Shown one piece after another: positions 63,345 through 64,000 of a DNA stretch of 64,000 bases (the stretch's first letter is position 1; every line of letters starts with the position of its first letter). This DNA is from Felis catus (lineage: Eukaryota). The translations under genes were made by a program, and so were the position numbers. Below the pieces are notes generated by a model. That model was not told where the DNA came from. It was given only the letters and a program-made list of their open reading frames with translations, and searched no databases. The DNA is taken from positions 15,192,001 through 15,256,000 of the forward strand of contig NC_058383.1 in the NCBI RefSeq assembly GCF_018350175.1, given 5' to 3'.

Positions 63345-63545
63345 ATGATGTCATAGTCAAAGTAGGCTTTGTATTTTGAAACATCTGGGATTGAATTCTA
63401 ACTCTGCTTGTACTCTCTCAGCCTGAGGTTTCTCCTTTAAAACATGAGGAAAAACAATATTTATAATTCATCGTATTTTTATAAGAATTAAATGAACTAA
63501 TGCATACACAGCATTATCAAAGTAAACTTAATAACTGTTATTGGT
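63345..63545 (+). mobile_element. MIR SINE
   Basis: tgggattgaattctaactctgc...ctcagcctgaggtttctcc...aagaattaaatgaactaatgcat. Confidence 0.6.
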
Positions 63546-64000
63546 TGAGTTTATCAGCAGACACCAAAGTAAGGAATGACACCAGACAGCTCATCAGTGA
63601 TGAAAGGTTCTAGAAAATTATGCTGGAAGACAACAGAATAATATCTGTAAATGCTCAGAGGAAATACCTCCACTTAGACTTATCCACTCTGATCATCTAT
63701 TATTCATGAGAGAACGTGAAATAAAGACGTTTCAGAGGGAACGAAGACTGAGTTTACCATTCTAGCGAAAAGAAAATTGTACCCAGCAGAATCAATGGAT
63801 GCAAGAAGCAAAGGGGAACCAAGAAAGTGGGGTTTACATGGATCCATCAACACAACCATTAACTGTGCAAAAGAATCCCAGGAAGACCTTGTATTGTGCT
63901 GAAGGAGGATGGCGATGTTGATTAACTTTAGAGTTAAACTAAGTATAAATTTCAAAATATTGGAGTACAAGATTCTGAGCAGATGGTGGAGTAGCAGAAG

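Larger units (their letters stand above)
55165..64000 (-). other. TYW1: Last intron of TYW1 (partial)
   Basis: Lies upstream of the terminal-exon acceptor; I could not find the penultimate exon in the window. Confidence 0.7.

Overview
Mammalian genomic DNA, almost certainly felid: it carries about 37 CanSINEs, including young SINEC_Fc-type copies, plus carnivore L1s. The only host coding sequence I can support is the terminal coding exon of TYW1 on the minus strand (54943-55164, 73 aa + stop). The ORF track missed it because it starts at a splice acceptor. It is followed by a ~1 kb 3'UTR with AATAAA at 53996-54001. Everything right of 55164 is probably the last TYW1 intron. Everything left of ~53970 is downstream, repeat-rich sequence; from recalled human/mouse synteny it runs toward CALN1, but no CALN1 exon is visible. 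The window includes a full-length but inactivated L1 (13291-19240) nested in an MLT1 LTR that is itself nested in an older L1, several solo LTRs, DNA-transposon fossils and microsatellites. A TE-poor, CpG/GC-rich block lies at ~37-46 kb. I found no convincing new biological system. The best leads are a cryptic ~0.6 kb inversion revealed by an inverted target-site duplication, a solo LTR inside a SINE whose 3x43-bp CCAAT repeat creates perfect splice donors, a consensus U1 site in the TYW1 3'UTR, and a candidate regulatory/exon island at 38-41 kb. Repeat family names come from recall of consensus sequences, not a database search, and boundaries of old repeats are approximate.
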